A DNA stretch of 64,000 nucleotides from an uncultured Actinomycetota bacterium (GCA_963779775.1 CAVZZQ010000004.1:26708-90707), one strand, 5' to 3'. Positions 37,476-48,117 are shown, numbered from the stretch's first letter. Translations and numbers: made by a program. The notes: generated by a model not told the origin, from the sequence alone.

Positions 37476-37964
37476 CTAGTCGTCGATCTCGTGCCCGGCG
37501 ATCTTGCCGGTGGCCTCGAACTCTGCGAGCTGGGCGATACGGCGCGCGTGCCGCTCCTCGCCGCTGAACGGCTCGGCCAGGAAGGCGTCGATGAGTGCGA
37601 TCGCCACCTCGAGCGAGTGCTGGCGCGCGCCGATCGCGATCAGATTGGCATCGTTGTGCTGGCGGGCCAGCAGCGCGGTGTCGTGGTTCCAGACCAGCGC
37701 CGCTCGGGCGCCCGTGACCTTGTTGGCCGCGATCTGCTCGCCGTTGCCCGAGCCGCCGAACACGATGCCCAAGGTCTGGATGCCTGCCGCCTGATCCCGG
37801 ACCACGGCGAGCGCCGTGTTGATGCAGAAGCTCGGGTAGTCGTCGAGCGGGTCGAGGGTCTTCGGGCCGTGGTCGACGACCTCGTGGCCGGCACGAGCCA
37901 GGTGCTGCTGCAGGTGCTGGCTGAAATCGAGGCCGGCGTGATCGGTGCCGATGTGGACGCGCAT
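37476..37964 (-). CDS. rpiB: Ribose-5-phosphate isomerase B
   Basis: GTDHAG, DDYP, GGSGNGEQIAANK, RQHNDAN, RHARRI. Confidence 0.95.
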   Translation of the reverse strand: MRVHIGTDHAGLDFSQHLQQHLARAGHEVVDHGPKTLDPLDDYPSFCINTALAVVRDQAAGIQTLGIVFGGSGNGEQIAANKVTGARAALVWNHDTALLARQHNDANLIAIGARQHSLEVAIALIDAFLAEPFSGEERHARRIAQLAEFEATGKIAGHEIDD

Positions 37965-37973
37965 GCTCTCAGG

Positions 37974-38567
37974 CTATTCGTGCCAGAAGCCGACCGCGCA
38001 CAGCAGCCGGGTCTCGTCGTCTGCGTCAGCCGGCGGCGGCTGCTCGGGCGGGAACACGCCGAAGCCGCGCAGCATCGGCACCGTCGGCAGCAGCAATCCG
38101 TTCAGCCCCGCGATCAGCTCCGGTGAGAAGTGGAACGCCGACCCGACCAGGTGCGCGATCTGCCACGACTGGAACGCACGGTACGACGTGGGATGAAGGA
38201 TCCCCTCACGGAACGGATAGTCGCCGTAGCTGAAATGCAACGTCATCCCCTGGTCGAGGTCGGCAGCGGACATCGCAGCGGTGGCCTGATCGTGCATGGC
38301 GTCGTAGGTGCCGATCGGGTCGTCACCCGTGAGCACCGGCTTCCAGCGGTCTCCGACCTCCTCGACGGTGCGGCCCGCCAGCAGATCCGGGATCCACGCC
38401 TCGTCGTAGGCATGCCGAAGCACGATGTCGCGAAGCGAGAGCGAGGCGGAGCGGTGGCCGGCGCTCCACTCGACCGGCGCGGCCAACTCGAGATCCGACG
38501 GGTTCAGCGAGTCGACCACCGAGCGCAGAGCGGCATCCGATGCGAGGAACAGGGAGCGGGCGTCCAT
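37974..38567 (-). CDS. DinB/MDMPI-like (TIGR03086-like) protein, paralog 2
   Basis: SLRDIVLRHAYDEAW, HFSYGDYP, DADDETRLL. Confidence 0.7.
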   Translation of the reverse strand: MDARSLFLASDAALRSVVDSLNPSDLELAAPVEWSAGHRSASLSLRDIVLRHAYDEAWIPDLLAGRTVEEVGDRWKPVLTGDDPIGTYDAMHDQATAAMSAADLDQGMTLHFSYGDYPFREGILHPTSYRAFQSWQIAHLVGSAFHFSPELIAGLNGLLLPTVPMLRGFGVFPPEQPPPADADDETRLLCAVGFWHE

Positions 38568-38625
38568 GCGCCGGAGGCTACGCCGCGGGTGCGACATCGC
38601 TGCGGCCCGGATCGCGGGACGGAAC

Positions 38626-39231
38626 TCAGGCGGGCGGTGCCGACGGCGGCATCCAGTAGCCCGCCCGGTGGAGCAGTACGCTCTCGGCGTCGGCACCCTC
38701 GGGCACCGGCTGCGCGGGCGGGAAGGCCCCGATGGCGCGCCAGCTCTCGATGTTCGGGACAACCCATTCGTTCATCCCGTCGATCACCTGGGGCGGCAAC
38801 GAGTAGTCCATGCCGACCAGCCGCGCGATCATCCAGGCCTGGAACGCGCGATAGACGGCGATGTGGATGAAGCCCTCCTGCAGCGGGTAATCACCGTACG
38901 TGAAGTGGACGATCGTGGTGTCGATGTCGAGCATCTCGTTGAGGGCCGCTTCTTCGGCGGAGAGGTTCAGCGCCAGGTAGTTGTCGATCGGATCGGTGCC
39001 GAGCAGATCGCCCTTCCAGCGGTCGCCCACCTCGTCGATCGTCTTGCCTGCGAGCAGATCGGGCACCCACGCCTCATCCATCGCGTGCAGCGCCAGGATG
39101 TCGCGCAGCGTCGACACCGGGACGCGGGACCAGTCAGCGGGAACCGGATGCTCGAGGTCGGCGGGCGTGAGCCGGCCGACGACCTCCCGCATCGCGCCGT
39201 CGGAAGCGAGGAACAGATCGCGTGTCTCCAT
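38626..39231 (-). CDS. DinB/MDMPI-like (TIGR03086-like) protein, paralog 1
   Basis: TLRDILALHAMDEAW, HFTYGDYP, GADAESVLL. Confidence 0.7.
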   Translation of the reverse strand: METRDLFLASDGAMREVVGRLTPADLEHPVPADWSRVPVSTLRDILALHAMDEAWVPDLLAGKTIDEVGDRWKGDLLGTDPIDNYLALNLSAEEAALNEMLDIDTTIVHFTYGDYPLQEGFIHIAVYRAFQAWMIARLVGMDYSLPPQVIDGMNEWVVPNIESWRAIGAFPPAQPVPEGADAESVLLHRAGYWMPPSAPPA

Positions 39232-39333
39232 GACATCCACAGTAATTGCGCCTCCGTCTTGCATCCAGGTCCTTGTCGGCGGCGTCCGGCGGGAGGATGA
39301 TGAAGTGACATCGTGAGGCAAGCGAGGTCGATC

Positions 39334-40056
39334 ATGCACAGTGCCCAACAGACTCGGGACATCGCCGTTCCCGGACTGGTTCCAACACTCTCGGCCGGAC
39401 GCCACCGCTCAGCCCGCAAGGGCGCGTGCTTCATGGAGTTCGCCTCGTTCCTGGCCGGTGAGCGATGGAGCGATCACCCGACGTGCACCGATCCCACCCT
39501 CGGCACTCTCGCGCGCGCGGTGAACGACACGGTTCGTGACGACCGCCGCGGCGAACTGGTGGGCGACATCCCGCGCGTCATCGGCCTGAAGGGCGACGAG
39601 CTGCGTCTCGGACTGGTTGTCGCCCTGCGCGCCGCCGTGATGGCTCTGCCGGTCGCCAGCATGGACCGGCAGCGTGCCCTCGCCGTGGGCGTCATCGCCA
39701 CCATCGACGCGCTGGCCGAGTTGGGCATCAACCGCCCGCGCGCCCAGGCCGATGCCGAGAGAGCCCTGTCAGAGGTTCCGGATGCCGCGAGCTGGGCCCG
39801 CGCGCACCTCGCCGACTGGCGCGCCCGGCCCGGCGATCTCGCCCGCCACGGGTGCGGAGCCATCGTCCGGACCGCGGCCCTCGGCATCGCCCAGGCCTGC
39901 ATCGACGACCCCGGCACCCTGCTGGTCGCGATGCTGCGCGCCGCGATCGACGACGCGGAGGTGTTCTTGGGTCGCACGGCTCGCGGTTGTGACGCCCCCG
40001 TGAGTCTCCCGAAGGCCGCAATGCCCGAGCAGGTGCTTGCTGCGGCGCAGAGCTGA
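39334..40056 (+). CDS. Hypothetical protein (GRH...GACFME...WSDHPTCT motif)
   Basis: GAGG RBS, typical codon bias; motif looks like a recurrent actinobacterial one (recalled, not searched). Confidence 0.72.
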   Translation: MHSAQQTRDIAVPGLVPTLSAGRHRSARKGACFMEFASFLAGERWSDHPTCTDPTLGTLARAVNDTVRDDRRGELVGDIPRVIGLKGDELRLGLVVALRAAVMALPVASMDRQRALAVGVIATIDALAELGINRPRAQADAERALSEVPDAASWARAHLADWRARPGDLARHGCGAIVRTAALGIAQACIDDPGTLLVAMLRAAIDDAEVFLGRTARGCDAPVSLPKAAMPEQVLAAAQS

Positions 40057-40131
40057 CCGCTCTGCGCTAGCTAGGCTGGACGACGGACACAATCCGTCGT
40101 TCCACCCTGTCGCAGCCGAAGGAGTTGCCGC

Positions 40132-42705
40132 GTGCCCGGAGAGAATCTCACCCGACTCGAAGCCCAGGAGCGCAAGGCGGTCATCTCCGTCGACTCCTAC
40201 GTCATCGATCTCGACCTGACGACCGGGCCGGAGACCTTCCGCTCGACGACCACGGTCACCTTCACGGCGCAGGAGGGAACGACGACGTTCCTCGACGCGA
40301 TCACCGCGAAGGTGCATTCGGTCACCGTGAATGGCAGAGAACTCGCGAATGCCGCGGATGGCGACAACGTGCGCATCGCGCTCGAGGGACTGGTCGAGCA
40401 CAACACCGTGAAGGTGGTGGCCGACTTCGCGTACACGAATACCGGCGAGGGCCTGCACCGCTTCGTCGACCCGGTCGACGGCGAGGTCTATCTCTATTCG
40501 CAGTTCGAGGTGCCAGACAGCCGCCGGGTCTTCGCGGTGTTCGAGCAGCCCGACCTCAAGGCGACGTTCCAGTTCACCGTGACGGCCCCGGCCGAGTGGC
40601 AGGTCATCAGCAACTCGCCGACGCCCGAGCCGACGCAGACCTCCGCCCAGAAGTCGGATGGCACCGCCACCTGGGCGTTCGAGCTGACTCCGCGGATCTC
40701 GAGCTACATCACCGCCCTCATCGCGGGCCCGTACCAGGCCGTGCGTTCGGAGGTGACGAGTTCGAGCGGACGCGTCATCCCGCTCGGCCTGTTCGCGCGC
40801 AAGTCCCTGTTCGGCTACCTCGACAGCGACTACCTCTTCGACATCACGCGCAAGGGGTTCGCCTACTACGAGGAGAAGTTCGGCTACCCGTACCCCTTCG
40901 CCAAGTACGACCAGCTCTTCGTCCCGGAGTTCAACGCGGGCGCCATGGAGAACGCCGGGGCCGTGACCTTCCTCGAGACCTACGTGTTCCGCTCGAAGGT
41001 CACCGACGCGATCAAGGAACGCCGGGTCGTCACGATCCTGCACGAGCTGGCGCACATGTGGTTCGGCGACCTGGTCACCATGAAGTGGTGGAACGACCTG
41101 TGGCTGAACGAGTCGTTCGCCGAGTGGGCCTCGGCCATCGCCTCCGTCGAAGCCACCGAGTGGACCGAGGCCTGGACGACCTTCAACGCGATGGAGAAGA
41201 GCTGGGCATACAAGCAGGACCAGCTGCCGTCGACGCATCCGATCGTCGCCACCATCAACGACCTCGAAGACGTGCAGGTCAACTTCGACGGGATCACATA
41301 CGCCAAGGGCGGCTCGGTGCTCAAACAGCTGGCCGCCTGGGTCGGCATCGACGCCTTCTTCGCCGGAGTCGGCAACTACTTCCAGAAGTACGAGTTCGGC
41401 AACACCGAGCTGAAGGACCTGCTGGCCGAGCTCGAGCTCACCAGCGGCCGCGAGCTCAGCGCCTGGGCCGCGAGCTGGCTCGAGACGGCGGGCGTGGCCA
41501 CCTTGTCCCCCCAGATCGAGACGGATGACGCCGGGGTGATCACGTCGTTCCGCATCTCGCAGACCGCCGCGCCCGACTACCCGACCCTGCGTCCACACCG
41601 GCTGGCGATCGGGTTCTACGACTCGGCAGACACCTCCTCCGGCTCGAAGCTGGTGCGCACCCACCGGATCGAGCTCGACATCGACGCGGACGGATCGACC
41701 GAGGTGCCCGAGCTGGTCGGCATGACACGGCCCGCGCTCGTGCTGCTCAACGACGACGACCTGACCTACGCCAAGATCCGCCTGGATGCCGCGAGCCTGT
41801 CGGTCGCGCTGGCCAAGCTCTCCAGCATCGAGAGCCCGCTCGCGCGCGCGCTGGTCTGGGGCGCGCTGTGGGACATGACGCGCGACGCCGAAGTCGCAGC
41901 CCGCGACTACGTGCGGCTGGTGCTCGAGCACATCGCGTCCGAGTCGGAGTCGACGACCATCCGCCTCACGCTGTCGCAGCTGCTTCAGACCGTGCGGGTG
42001 TACGTCGCGCCTGACGCTCGCGCGGCATCCCTCCACGAGGTCGGCGACGCTCTGTGGAAGCTCGCGAAGGCGGCCGATGCCGGATCGGATGCGCAGTTCC
42101 AGTTCGTGAAGTTCTTCGCCGTCTCGGCCTCGACCCGCGAGCACGCGACTGCGCTCGCCGGACTGCTCGACGGTTCGATCACGCTGGCCGGGCTCGACAT
42201 CGACAGCGACCTGTCGTGGGAGCTGCTGCAGGGGCTCGTGCTCGTCGGCGAGGCAGGCGAGGCCGAGATCGCCGCGGCGCTCGAGAAGGACAACACCGCG
42301 AAGGGCCAGCAGGCCGCAGGCCTGGCACGCGCCGCGACCCCGACAGTCGCCGGCAAGACGGCGGCGTTCGAGAAGGGACGTGACGACACCACGATCTCGA
42401 ACCTCTACCTGCGCAACATGGGGGTCGGCTACGGGCTGGTCAACGATCCGGCCGTGCTCGAGCCCCTCATCGCGCCCTACTTCGACGCGCTGACCACGGT
42501 CTGGAAGGACCGCACGTACCAGATCGCCGAGACATTCGTCGAGTATTTCTACCCGGCGGCGATCGCCTCGCAGGAGTTGGCCGATGCGACGAACGCGTGG
42601 CTGGACGCGAACCCGGGCATCCCCGCCCTTCGCCGCATCGTGATCGAGAACCTGGCGGGAGTGGAGCGGGCGCTGGTTGCGCAGAAGCGCGACGCGAAGG
42701 GGTAG
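40132..42705 (+). CDS. pepN: Aminopeptidase N (M1)
   Basis: GAMEN, HELAHMW...E zinc motif, FDGITYAKG. Confidence 0.97.
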   Translation: MPGENLTRLEAQERKAVISVDSYVIDLDLTTGPETFRSTTTVTFTAQEGTTTFLDAITAKVHSVTVNGRELANAADGDNVRIALEGLVEHNTVKVVADFAYTNTGEGLHRFVDPVDGEVYLYSQFEVPDSRRVFAVFEQPDLKATFQFTVTAPAEWQVISNSPTPEPTQTSAQKSDGTATWAFELTPRISSYITALIAGPYQAVRSEVTSSSGRVIPLGLFARKSLFGYLDSDYLFDITRKGFAYYEEKFGYPYPFAKYDQLFVPEFNAGAMENAGAVTFLETYVFRSKVTDAIKERRVVTILHELAHMWFGDLVTMKWWNDLWLNESFAEWASAIASVEATEWTEAWTTFNAMEKSWAYKQDQLPSTHPIVATINDLEDVQVNFDGITYAKGGSVLKQLAAWVGIDAFFAGVGNYFQKYEFGNTELKDLLAELELTSGRELSAWAASWLETAGVATLSPQIETDDAGVITSFRISQTAAPDYPTLRPHRLAIGFYDSADTSSGSKLVRTHRIELDIDADGSTEVPELVGMTRPALVLLNDDDLTYAKIRLDAASLSVALAKLSSIESPLARALVWGALWDMTRDAEVAARDYVRLVLEHIASESESTTIRLTLSQLLQTVRVYVAPDARAASLHEVGDALWKLAKAADAGSDAQFQFVKFFAVSASTREHATALAGLLDGSITLAGLDIDSDLSWELLQGLVLVGEAGEAEIAAALEKDNTAKGQQAAGLARAATPTVAGKTAAFEKGRDDTTISNLYLRNMGVGYGLVNDPAVLEPLIAPYFDALTTVWKDRTYQIAETFVEYFYPAAIASQELADATNAWLDANPGIPALRRIVIENLAGVERALVAQKRDAKG

Positions 42706-42791
42706 CGCCGACTCGGCTCGGTGCGCCCGCGGCAACACACGGCTGCGCGGTGGGCACCACGCGCCGCTGCCCGCGTCGTTAGCGTCGAGAC

Positions 42792-43229
42792 ATGCCGAAT
42801 CTTGCCGGGCGCGCCGCGCTCGCCTCCGTGTCAGCCGTGATCCTGTTCGCCGCCGCAGGATGCAGCGTCACCCTCGGAACGGTCGCCGATTCGCCGTCTG
42901 CCGGATCCGCCGCAACCGATTCGCCGTCTGCCGGATCCGCCGCAACCGACTCGCCGTCGATGGCGCCATCGACCGCCCTGTCACCGCTGTGCACCGACCT
43001 GAGCAAAGAGAACGGCGTCGACTTGAGCGATGTGCAGGCATCCCTGACCTACTGGGCGCAGGTGGTCGCGGACTCTCCACCCGACATCGTCGCCCAGGCG
43101 CAGGCGGTCGAGGACGGCTTCAACAAGATCGCCGATGGGACGAGCCCCGACGATCAGGACAACAACAACGCCATCAACGATGCGATCGGCGCGCTCGAAT
43201 CGTGGAGCGTCGACAACTGCCCCAGCTGA
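42792..43229 (+). CDS. Lipoprotein (paralog 1)
   Basis: Lipobox AAG-C, Ser/Ala linker, LC...WSVDNC. Confidence 0.8.
   Translation: MPNLAGRAALASVSAVILFAAAGCSVTLGTVADSPSAGSAATDSPSAGSAATDSPSMAPSTALSPLCTDLSKENGVDLSDVQASLTYWAQVVADSPPDIVAQAQAVEDGFNKIADGTSPDDQDNNNAINDAIGALESWSVDNCPS
42886..42958. repeat. 30-bp tandem repeat (about 2.4 copies) in the lipoprotein linker
   Basis: CCGATTCGCCGTCTGCCGGATCCGCCGCAA twice plus a partial copy (DSPSAGSAAT). Confidence 0.9.
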
Positions 43230-43385
43230 GCCGTCCACGACTCCGCTCGCCCCCTCATTGCTCCCAGGAGCACCGATCGCTGCGTTCTGAGCAACCCCGC
43301 GGCGCTGAGCGCTGGATAGCGTCGAGACCGCGAACAGTGGCGCCGACCAGACGTCGCTGCGCCCGACCCGAGGGGAATCACCGCA

Positions 43386-43829
43386 ATGCCATCAACCACA
43401 CCGACCCTGGCGCGTGCGTGCGCCATCGCGATGGCAGCCGGCGTCATCGTGCTGTCTGCGACCGCCTGCTCGGCGTCGCCGACCGCCGGCGGAGGCGGCG
43501 ACCAGCCGAAGGCGGCGACCAGCACGGCCGCGCCGAGCTCTGGAAGCGCGAACGGCGGCAACGGATCCGGCGGATCGAACGCCGGCCTGTGCGCGGACGC
43601 GACCGGGGAGGGCTTCTCGTTGGACTCCAACGCGAGCGACATGACGAAAGTGCTCGCCACCTGGGACAAGATGGAGGCCGACGCGCCCGGAGACATCCGC
43701 GACGACGTCAGCACCGTCGACAAGGCCCTGCACAAGGCCAGCACGGGCGACACGAGCGCGATCGGCGACGCCTTCTCGAAATCGGTGACGGCGGTTGGAA
43801 CCTGGGTCGCAGACAACTGCAACCTGTAG
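43386..43829 (+). CDS. Lipoprotein (paralog 2)
   Basis: Lipobox ATA-C, Gly/Ser linker, LC...WVADNC; GAGGGG RBS. Confidence 0.8.
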   Translation: MPSTTPTLARACAIAMAAGVIVLSATACSASPTAGGGGDQPKAATSTAAPSSGSANGGNGSGGSNAGLCADATGEGFSLDSNASDMTKVLATWDKMEADAPGDIRDDVSTVDKALHKASTGDTSAIGDAFSKSVTAVGTWVADNCNL

Positions 43830-43841
43830 AACCACCACGAT

Positions 43842-44780
43842 TCAGCGGTCGGTGCCTGCCGCGACCTCGAGTCTGACGCGGCTGGGTGCGACCCCGAAGC
43901 GATCTCGGAACACCCGGCTGAAATGCGTCCGGTCGGCGAAGCCCCAGCGCTGCGCGATCACCTCCACGGAGGCATCTGCGGCACGGCTCGACGTCAAGTC
44001 GCTCCGACTGCGCTCCAGGCGTCGCTCGAGCAACCAGCGCGCGACGGTCGTGCCCCGTTCGGCGAACAGCTTCTCAAGGGTCCGGCGCGACACGTGCACT
44101 CTCTCGGCCAGAACCGCTGCATTCAGCGTCCGGTCGGCCAGACGCCGCTCGGCTTCGTCGATGGCTGACTGAAGCAGGTACTCGCGAGGCGTCAGCCCCG
44201 GCAGGCTGCCGAAGGCCGTCACGATCAGATCGCTCAGGTGATCGGCGGCCCGATTCGCGTCGGCGCGACCGAAGCCGGCGGAATGCTGGAACAGGTATTC
44301 GGCAGTGGTGGTCACGAGCCCGCACAGCATGCCCGTCGTCGACGCGACTCCGGAGGGCGCCGCGAGACGGGAAACGATCAGTTCGGCCGGCGCGCCGATG
44401 ACCAACTGGCGGAACTCCGTGTCGGCGACGAGCGTCACCGGTTCGCACCCCGACAGCATCCCGAGCCATCCGCGCCTGGGGGTCACCTCGCGTGAGAATT
44501 GGCGACCGCTCAGCAGTCCGACCTGGGGGACGCTGACGTAGACCATGCCGTCGGCGTCGGTGGATGCCATGGATTCATCCCGGACGGAACGGTGCGGGTC
44601 AGCACGCACCGACGACAACGTCAGTGGACCGACGACCGTTTGAACGATGCCTGATCGGAAGGGCCCGTCACCCTCTCGTTCCACCGCCATCGACCCGAAA
44701 AGCCCGTTGGCCGCAACTTGCCAGAGGGCGAATTGGTCGTGCTCGGCGACGGAGCCGCTCGACCACGTTCGATACGGCAC
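43842..44780 (-). CDS. AraC family regulator (FeaR-like N-terminal domain)
   Basis: GGAGG then GTG; VSRRTLEKLF, IAQRWGFADRTHFSRVFRDRFGVAP. Confidence 0.88.
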   Translation of the reverse strand: MPYRTWSSGSVAEHDQFALWQVAANGLFGSMAVEREGDGPFRSGIVQTVVGPLTLSSVRADPHRSVRDESMASTDADGMVYVSVPQVGLLSGRQFSREVTPRRGWLGMLSGCEPVTLVADTEFRQLVIGAPAELIVSRLAAPSGVASTTGMLCGLVTTTAEYLFQHSAGFGRADANRAADHLSDLIVTAFGSLPGLTPREYLLQSAIDEAERRLADRTLNAAVLAERVHVSRRTLEKLFAERGTTVARWLLERRLERSRSDLTSSRAADASVEVIAQRWGFADRTHFSRVFRDRFGVAPSRVRLEVAAGTDR

Positions 44781-44910
44781 TGGTTCAGACCTCCGAGATG
44801 CTCGGGCGCATGCGTTGGCCACATGGTAGCTGCCGCTGCGCGCTGACGCACCGAGCGCTGCGCTCTGAGCAACGCCGGCTTCGAGGTCGTGTCTCGCTAG
44901 GCTGACAAGC

Positions 44911-45879
44911 GTGACGCCCTGGGAAGACTTCGTGCATCGGGCGACGCTGTTCCTGGCCGGGCCGTGGGGCATACCGCTGCGGGTGCTGCTGATCCTGGTG
45001 GTCGCCTTCGTCATCCGGGTGATCCTGCAGTTCGTGATCCGGCGCGTGGTGAGTCGGGTGGTCCATGGGGCCACCCGCATCCAGGGCCGCGACGAGGCAC
45101 GCGACTCGCCGATCGCTGCGGTGCGGATCGTGCAGCGCACCAAAGCGCTCGGCGGGGTGCTCAGCAGCGCCGTCACCACGCTGATCGTCGTCGTCGCGAT
45201 CGTGCTCGTGATTGCAGCGATCTCCCCCGCGGCCAGCGGTGCGTTCTCGTTGATCACCGCGGCACTCGGTGCGGGGCTCGGCTTCGGGGCGCAGAACATC
45301 GTGAAGGACGTGCTCAACGGCCTGGCCATGGTGGGCGAGGACCAGCTGGGCGTCGGCGATGTCGTCGACACCGGGTTCGCAACGGGCGTGGTGGAGCAGG
45401 TCGGCATCCGGATCACCCAGGTGCGCGACGTCAACGGGACCCTCTGGTACGTGCGCAACGGCGAGATCCTGCGGCTGGGCAACATGTCGCAGGGCTGGGC
45501 GCGCGTGATCATCGACCTGGCCGTGCCGTACAGCGTCGACGTCGAGGCTGTGCAGAACGCGATCCTCGAGACCGCGACGACCATGCAGCAGGACGAGCGA
45601 TGGAAGCCGGTCATCCTGGAGCGGCCCGAGGTCTGGGGCATCGAGTCGGTCTCGGCCGAGGCGATCGTGATCCGGTTGGTGGTCAAGACCCGGGCCGGAA
45701 GCAAGGACCCCGTTGCCCGCGAGCTCCGCGCGCGCCTGAAGCAGACGATCGACGCGCTCGGCATCACGCTGCCGGCTCTCAACTCGGTCGTGCTCAGTGC
45801 GTTCGAGGGAGGCATCCCGAAGGCTCGAGCAGCGACCTCGTCGAAACCGCTCTCAACGGTGCCTCGGCGGTCCAAGTGA
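44911..45879 (+). CDS. mscS: Small-conductance mechanosensitive channel family protein
   Basis: [41 protein letters not shown]. Confidence 0.9.
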   Translation: MTPWEDFVHRATLFLAGPWGIPLRVLLILVVAFVIRVILQFVIRRVVSRVVHGATRIQGRDEARDSPIAAVRIVQRTKALGGVLSSAVTTLIVVVAIVLVIAAISPAASGAFSLITAALGAGLGFGAQNIVKDVLNGLAMVGEDQLGVGDVVDTGFATGVVEQVGIRITQVRDVNGTLWYVRNGEILRLGNMSQGWARVIIDLAVPYSVDVEAVQNAILETATTMQQDERWKPVILERPEVWGIESVSAEAIVIRLVVKTRAGSKDPVARELRARLKQTIDALGITLPALNSVVLSAFEGGIPKARAATSSKPLSTVPRRSK

Positions 45880-46295
45880 GTGACCTGACTCTGCGGATGG
45901 GCGCTGGCGGCGAGCCGGTCGGCGGCAGCTTCTGGGCGGCGGTCGGAGGTCGACCGACGTTCGAGAAGCTGGTGCGGGCGTTCTACGCGGGCGTCGCCGA
46001 CGACCCGGTGCTGCTGCCGATGTATCCCGAGCAGCCCGACCTCGAAGGCGCGATCCAGCGTTTGACCGGATTCCTCGAGCAGTACTGGGGCGGACCAGGC
46101 ACCTACAGCGAGCAGCGCGGTCACCCGAGACTCCGGATGCGCCACCTCCCGTTCGCCGTGACCCCCGAGGCCCGCGACCGGTGGTTGCTGCACATGCGAG
46201 CCGCGGTCGACACGCTCACGTTGTCGCCGCTCCACGAGTCGATGCTCTGGGACTACCTCGAGCGCGCCGCCCACGCAATGGTCAACGCGGGCTGA
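45876..46295 (+). CDS. glbO: Group II truncated hemoglobin
   Basis: [26 protein letters not shown]; GTGA overlap with mscS. Confidence 0.92.
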   Translation: MSDLTLRMGAGGEPVGGSFWAAVGGRPTFEKLVRAFYAGVADDPVLLPMYPEQPDLEGAIQRLTGFLEQYWGGPGTYSEQRGHPRLRMRHLPFAVTPEARDRWLLHMRAAVDTLTLSPLHESMLWDYLERAAHAMVNAG

Positions 46296-46363
46296 GGCGG
46301 CCGACGCGGTAGACCGAACCGGCTACCCTGGGTACATCTGAGGATCGTTCGAGGGGAAGTGGA

Positions 46364-48031
46364 ATGCCCGAGACCAAGGAACCCAAGGCCGACGCGATCG
46401 TGATCGGAGCGGGCCTCGCCGGGCTGGTTGCGACAGCAGAGCTGGTGGCGGCCGGCAAGCACGTGATCGTGCTCGAGCAGGAGCCCGAGGCGAGCTTCGG
46501 CGGGCAGGCCTGGTGGTCGTTCGGCGGCCTGTTCCTGATCGACTCCCCCGAACAGCGCCGGATGGGCGTGAACGACAGCCACGATCTCGCCAGGCAGGAC
46601 TGGTTCGCCAGCGCCGAGTTCGATCGCGATGAAGACGTCTGGGGCCGCCAATGGGCGGAGGCCTATTTGGCATTCGCAGCCGGCGAGAAGCGCGCGTGGC
46701 TGCACGCCAAGGGCGTGCGGTTCTTCCCGGTCGTCGGCTGGGCCGAACGGGGCGGCTACACGGCGACCGGCCATGGCAATTCGGTCCCCCGCTTCCACAT
46801 CACCTGGGGCACGGGGCCCGGCATCCTCGAGCCCTTCATCAAGGAGGTGCGGGCCGGCGTCGAGGCCGGGCTCGTCGAGCTCAAGTTCCGGCACCGAGTC
46901 GACGGATTGACGGTGACCAAGGGAGCGGTGGTCGGCGCATCCGGGTCGATCCTCGCCGATGATCCGGCCGAGCGCGGCGCCGCGAGCAACCGGGATGTCA
47001 CCGGCGACTTCGCCGTGAAGGCCCGCGCCGTGATCGTGGCGAGCGGCGGTATCGGCGGCAATCACGAACTGGTCCGCGCCGCCTGGCCGGAGTGGCTCGG
47101 CACCGCACCCGCGACGATGCTGAGCGGTGTGCCCGCGCATGTCGATGGGCGCATGCTCGCGATCAGCGAGAAAGCCGGCGCGAACTACGTCAACAGCGAC
47201 CGCATGTGGCACTACGTCGAAGGCATCACCAACTACGCGCCGGTCTGGGCGCAGCACGGCATCCGGATCCTGCCCGGCCCGTCGAGCATGTGGTTCGACG
47301 CCACCGGCAAGCGGCTGCCCATCCCGCTGTTCCCGGGATTCGACACCCTCGGCACGCTCGAGCACCTGCGCGGCACCGGGTACGACCACAGCTGGTTCGT
47401 GCTCACCCAATCGATGATCGAGAAGGAGTTCGCGCTCAGCGGCAGCGAGCAGAACCCCGACCTCACGGGGAAGAGCATCCGCCAACTGCTGAAGCAGCGT
47501 CTCGGCAAGGGCGCAACTCCTCCGGTCGAGGCGTTCAAGTCGCAGGGTGCTGACTTCGTGGTCGCCGACACCCTCGACGAGCTCTTCATCGGAATGCGCC
47601 GGCTCTCTCCCGACGTCGAACTCGACACGCAGGGCATCCGTCATGAGATCGAGGCGCGCGACCGCGAACTCGACAACGCCTTCAGCAAGGATGCTCAGAT
47701 CACGGCCATCCGGGGCGCGCGCGCCTACCGCGGTGACAAGTTGATCCGGGTGGCCAAGCCGCACAAGATCCTCGATCCGAAGCACCGTCCGCTGATCGCC
47801 GTCAAGCTCCACGTCGTGACCCGCAAGACGCTGGGCGGGCTTCAGACCGACCTGCAGTCACGGGTTCTGGATGCCGCGGGCTCACCGATCCCCGGCCTCT
47901 ATGCGGCCGGCGAGGTCGCCGGTTTCGGCGGCGGCGGCGTTCACGGCTACCGCGCGTTGGAGGGCACGTTCCTGGGCGGCTGCCTGTTCAGCGGCCGCGT
48001 CGCGGGCCGGGCGGTCGCGGGCACGCTCTGA
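46364..48031 (+). CDS. FAD-binding dehydrogenase (FAD_binding_2, KstD-like)
   Basis: IGAGLAGL, GGQAWWSFGG, RKTLGGL, GLYAAGE, LEGTFLGG. Confidence 0.9.
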   Translation: MPETKEPKADAIVIGAGLAGLVATAELVAAGKHVIVLEQEPEASFGGQAWWSFGGLFLIDSPEQRRMGVNDSHDLARQDWFASAEFDRDEDVWGRQWAEAYLAFAAGEKRAWLHAKGVRFFPVVGWAERGGYTATGHGNSVPRFHITWGTGPGILEPFIKEVRAGVEAGLVELKFRHRVDGLTVTKGAVVGASGSILADDPAERGAASNRDVTGDFAVKARAVIVASGGIGGNHELVRAAWPEWLGTAPATMLSGVPAHVDGRMLAISEKAGANYVNSDRMWHYVEGITNYAPVWAQHGIRILPGPSSMWFDATGKRLPIPLFPGFDTLGTLEHLRGTGYDHSWFVLTQSMIEKEFALSGSEQNPDLTGKSIRQLLKQRLGKGATPPVEAFKSQGADFVVADTLDELFIGMRRLSPDVELDTQGIRHEIEARDRELDNAFSKDAQITAIRGARAYRGDKLIRVAKPHKILDPKHRPLIAVKLHVVTRKTLGGLQTDLQSRVLDAAGSPIPGLYAAGEVAGFGGGGVHGYRALEGTFLGGCLFSGRVAGRAVAGTL

Positions 48032-48040
48032 CCCACTCCC

Positions 48041-48100
48041 CGAAAGTACCCACTTCTGCGTACTTTCGGTCGCGAGAGTACGTGGACAACGCGTACTTTC
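48041..48100. repeat. Twin AAAGTAC/GTACTTT hairpins between convergent genes (REP-like or terminator)
   Basis: CGAAAGTAC-N10-GTACTTTCG and GAGAGTACG-N9-CGTACTTTC. Confidence 0.6.
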
Positions 48101-48117
48101 AGCAAGCCGACGCGGGG

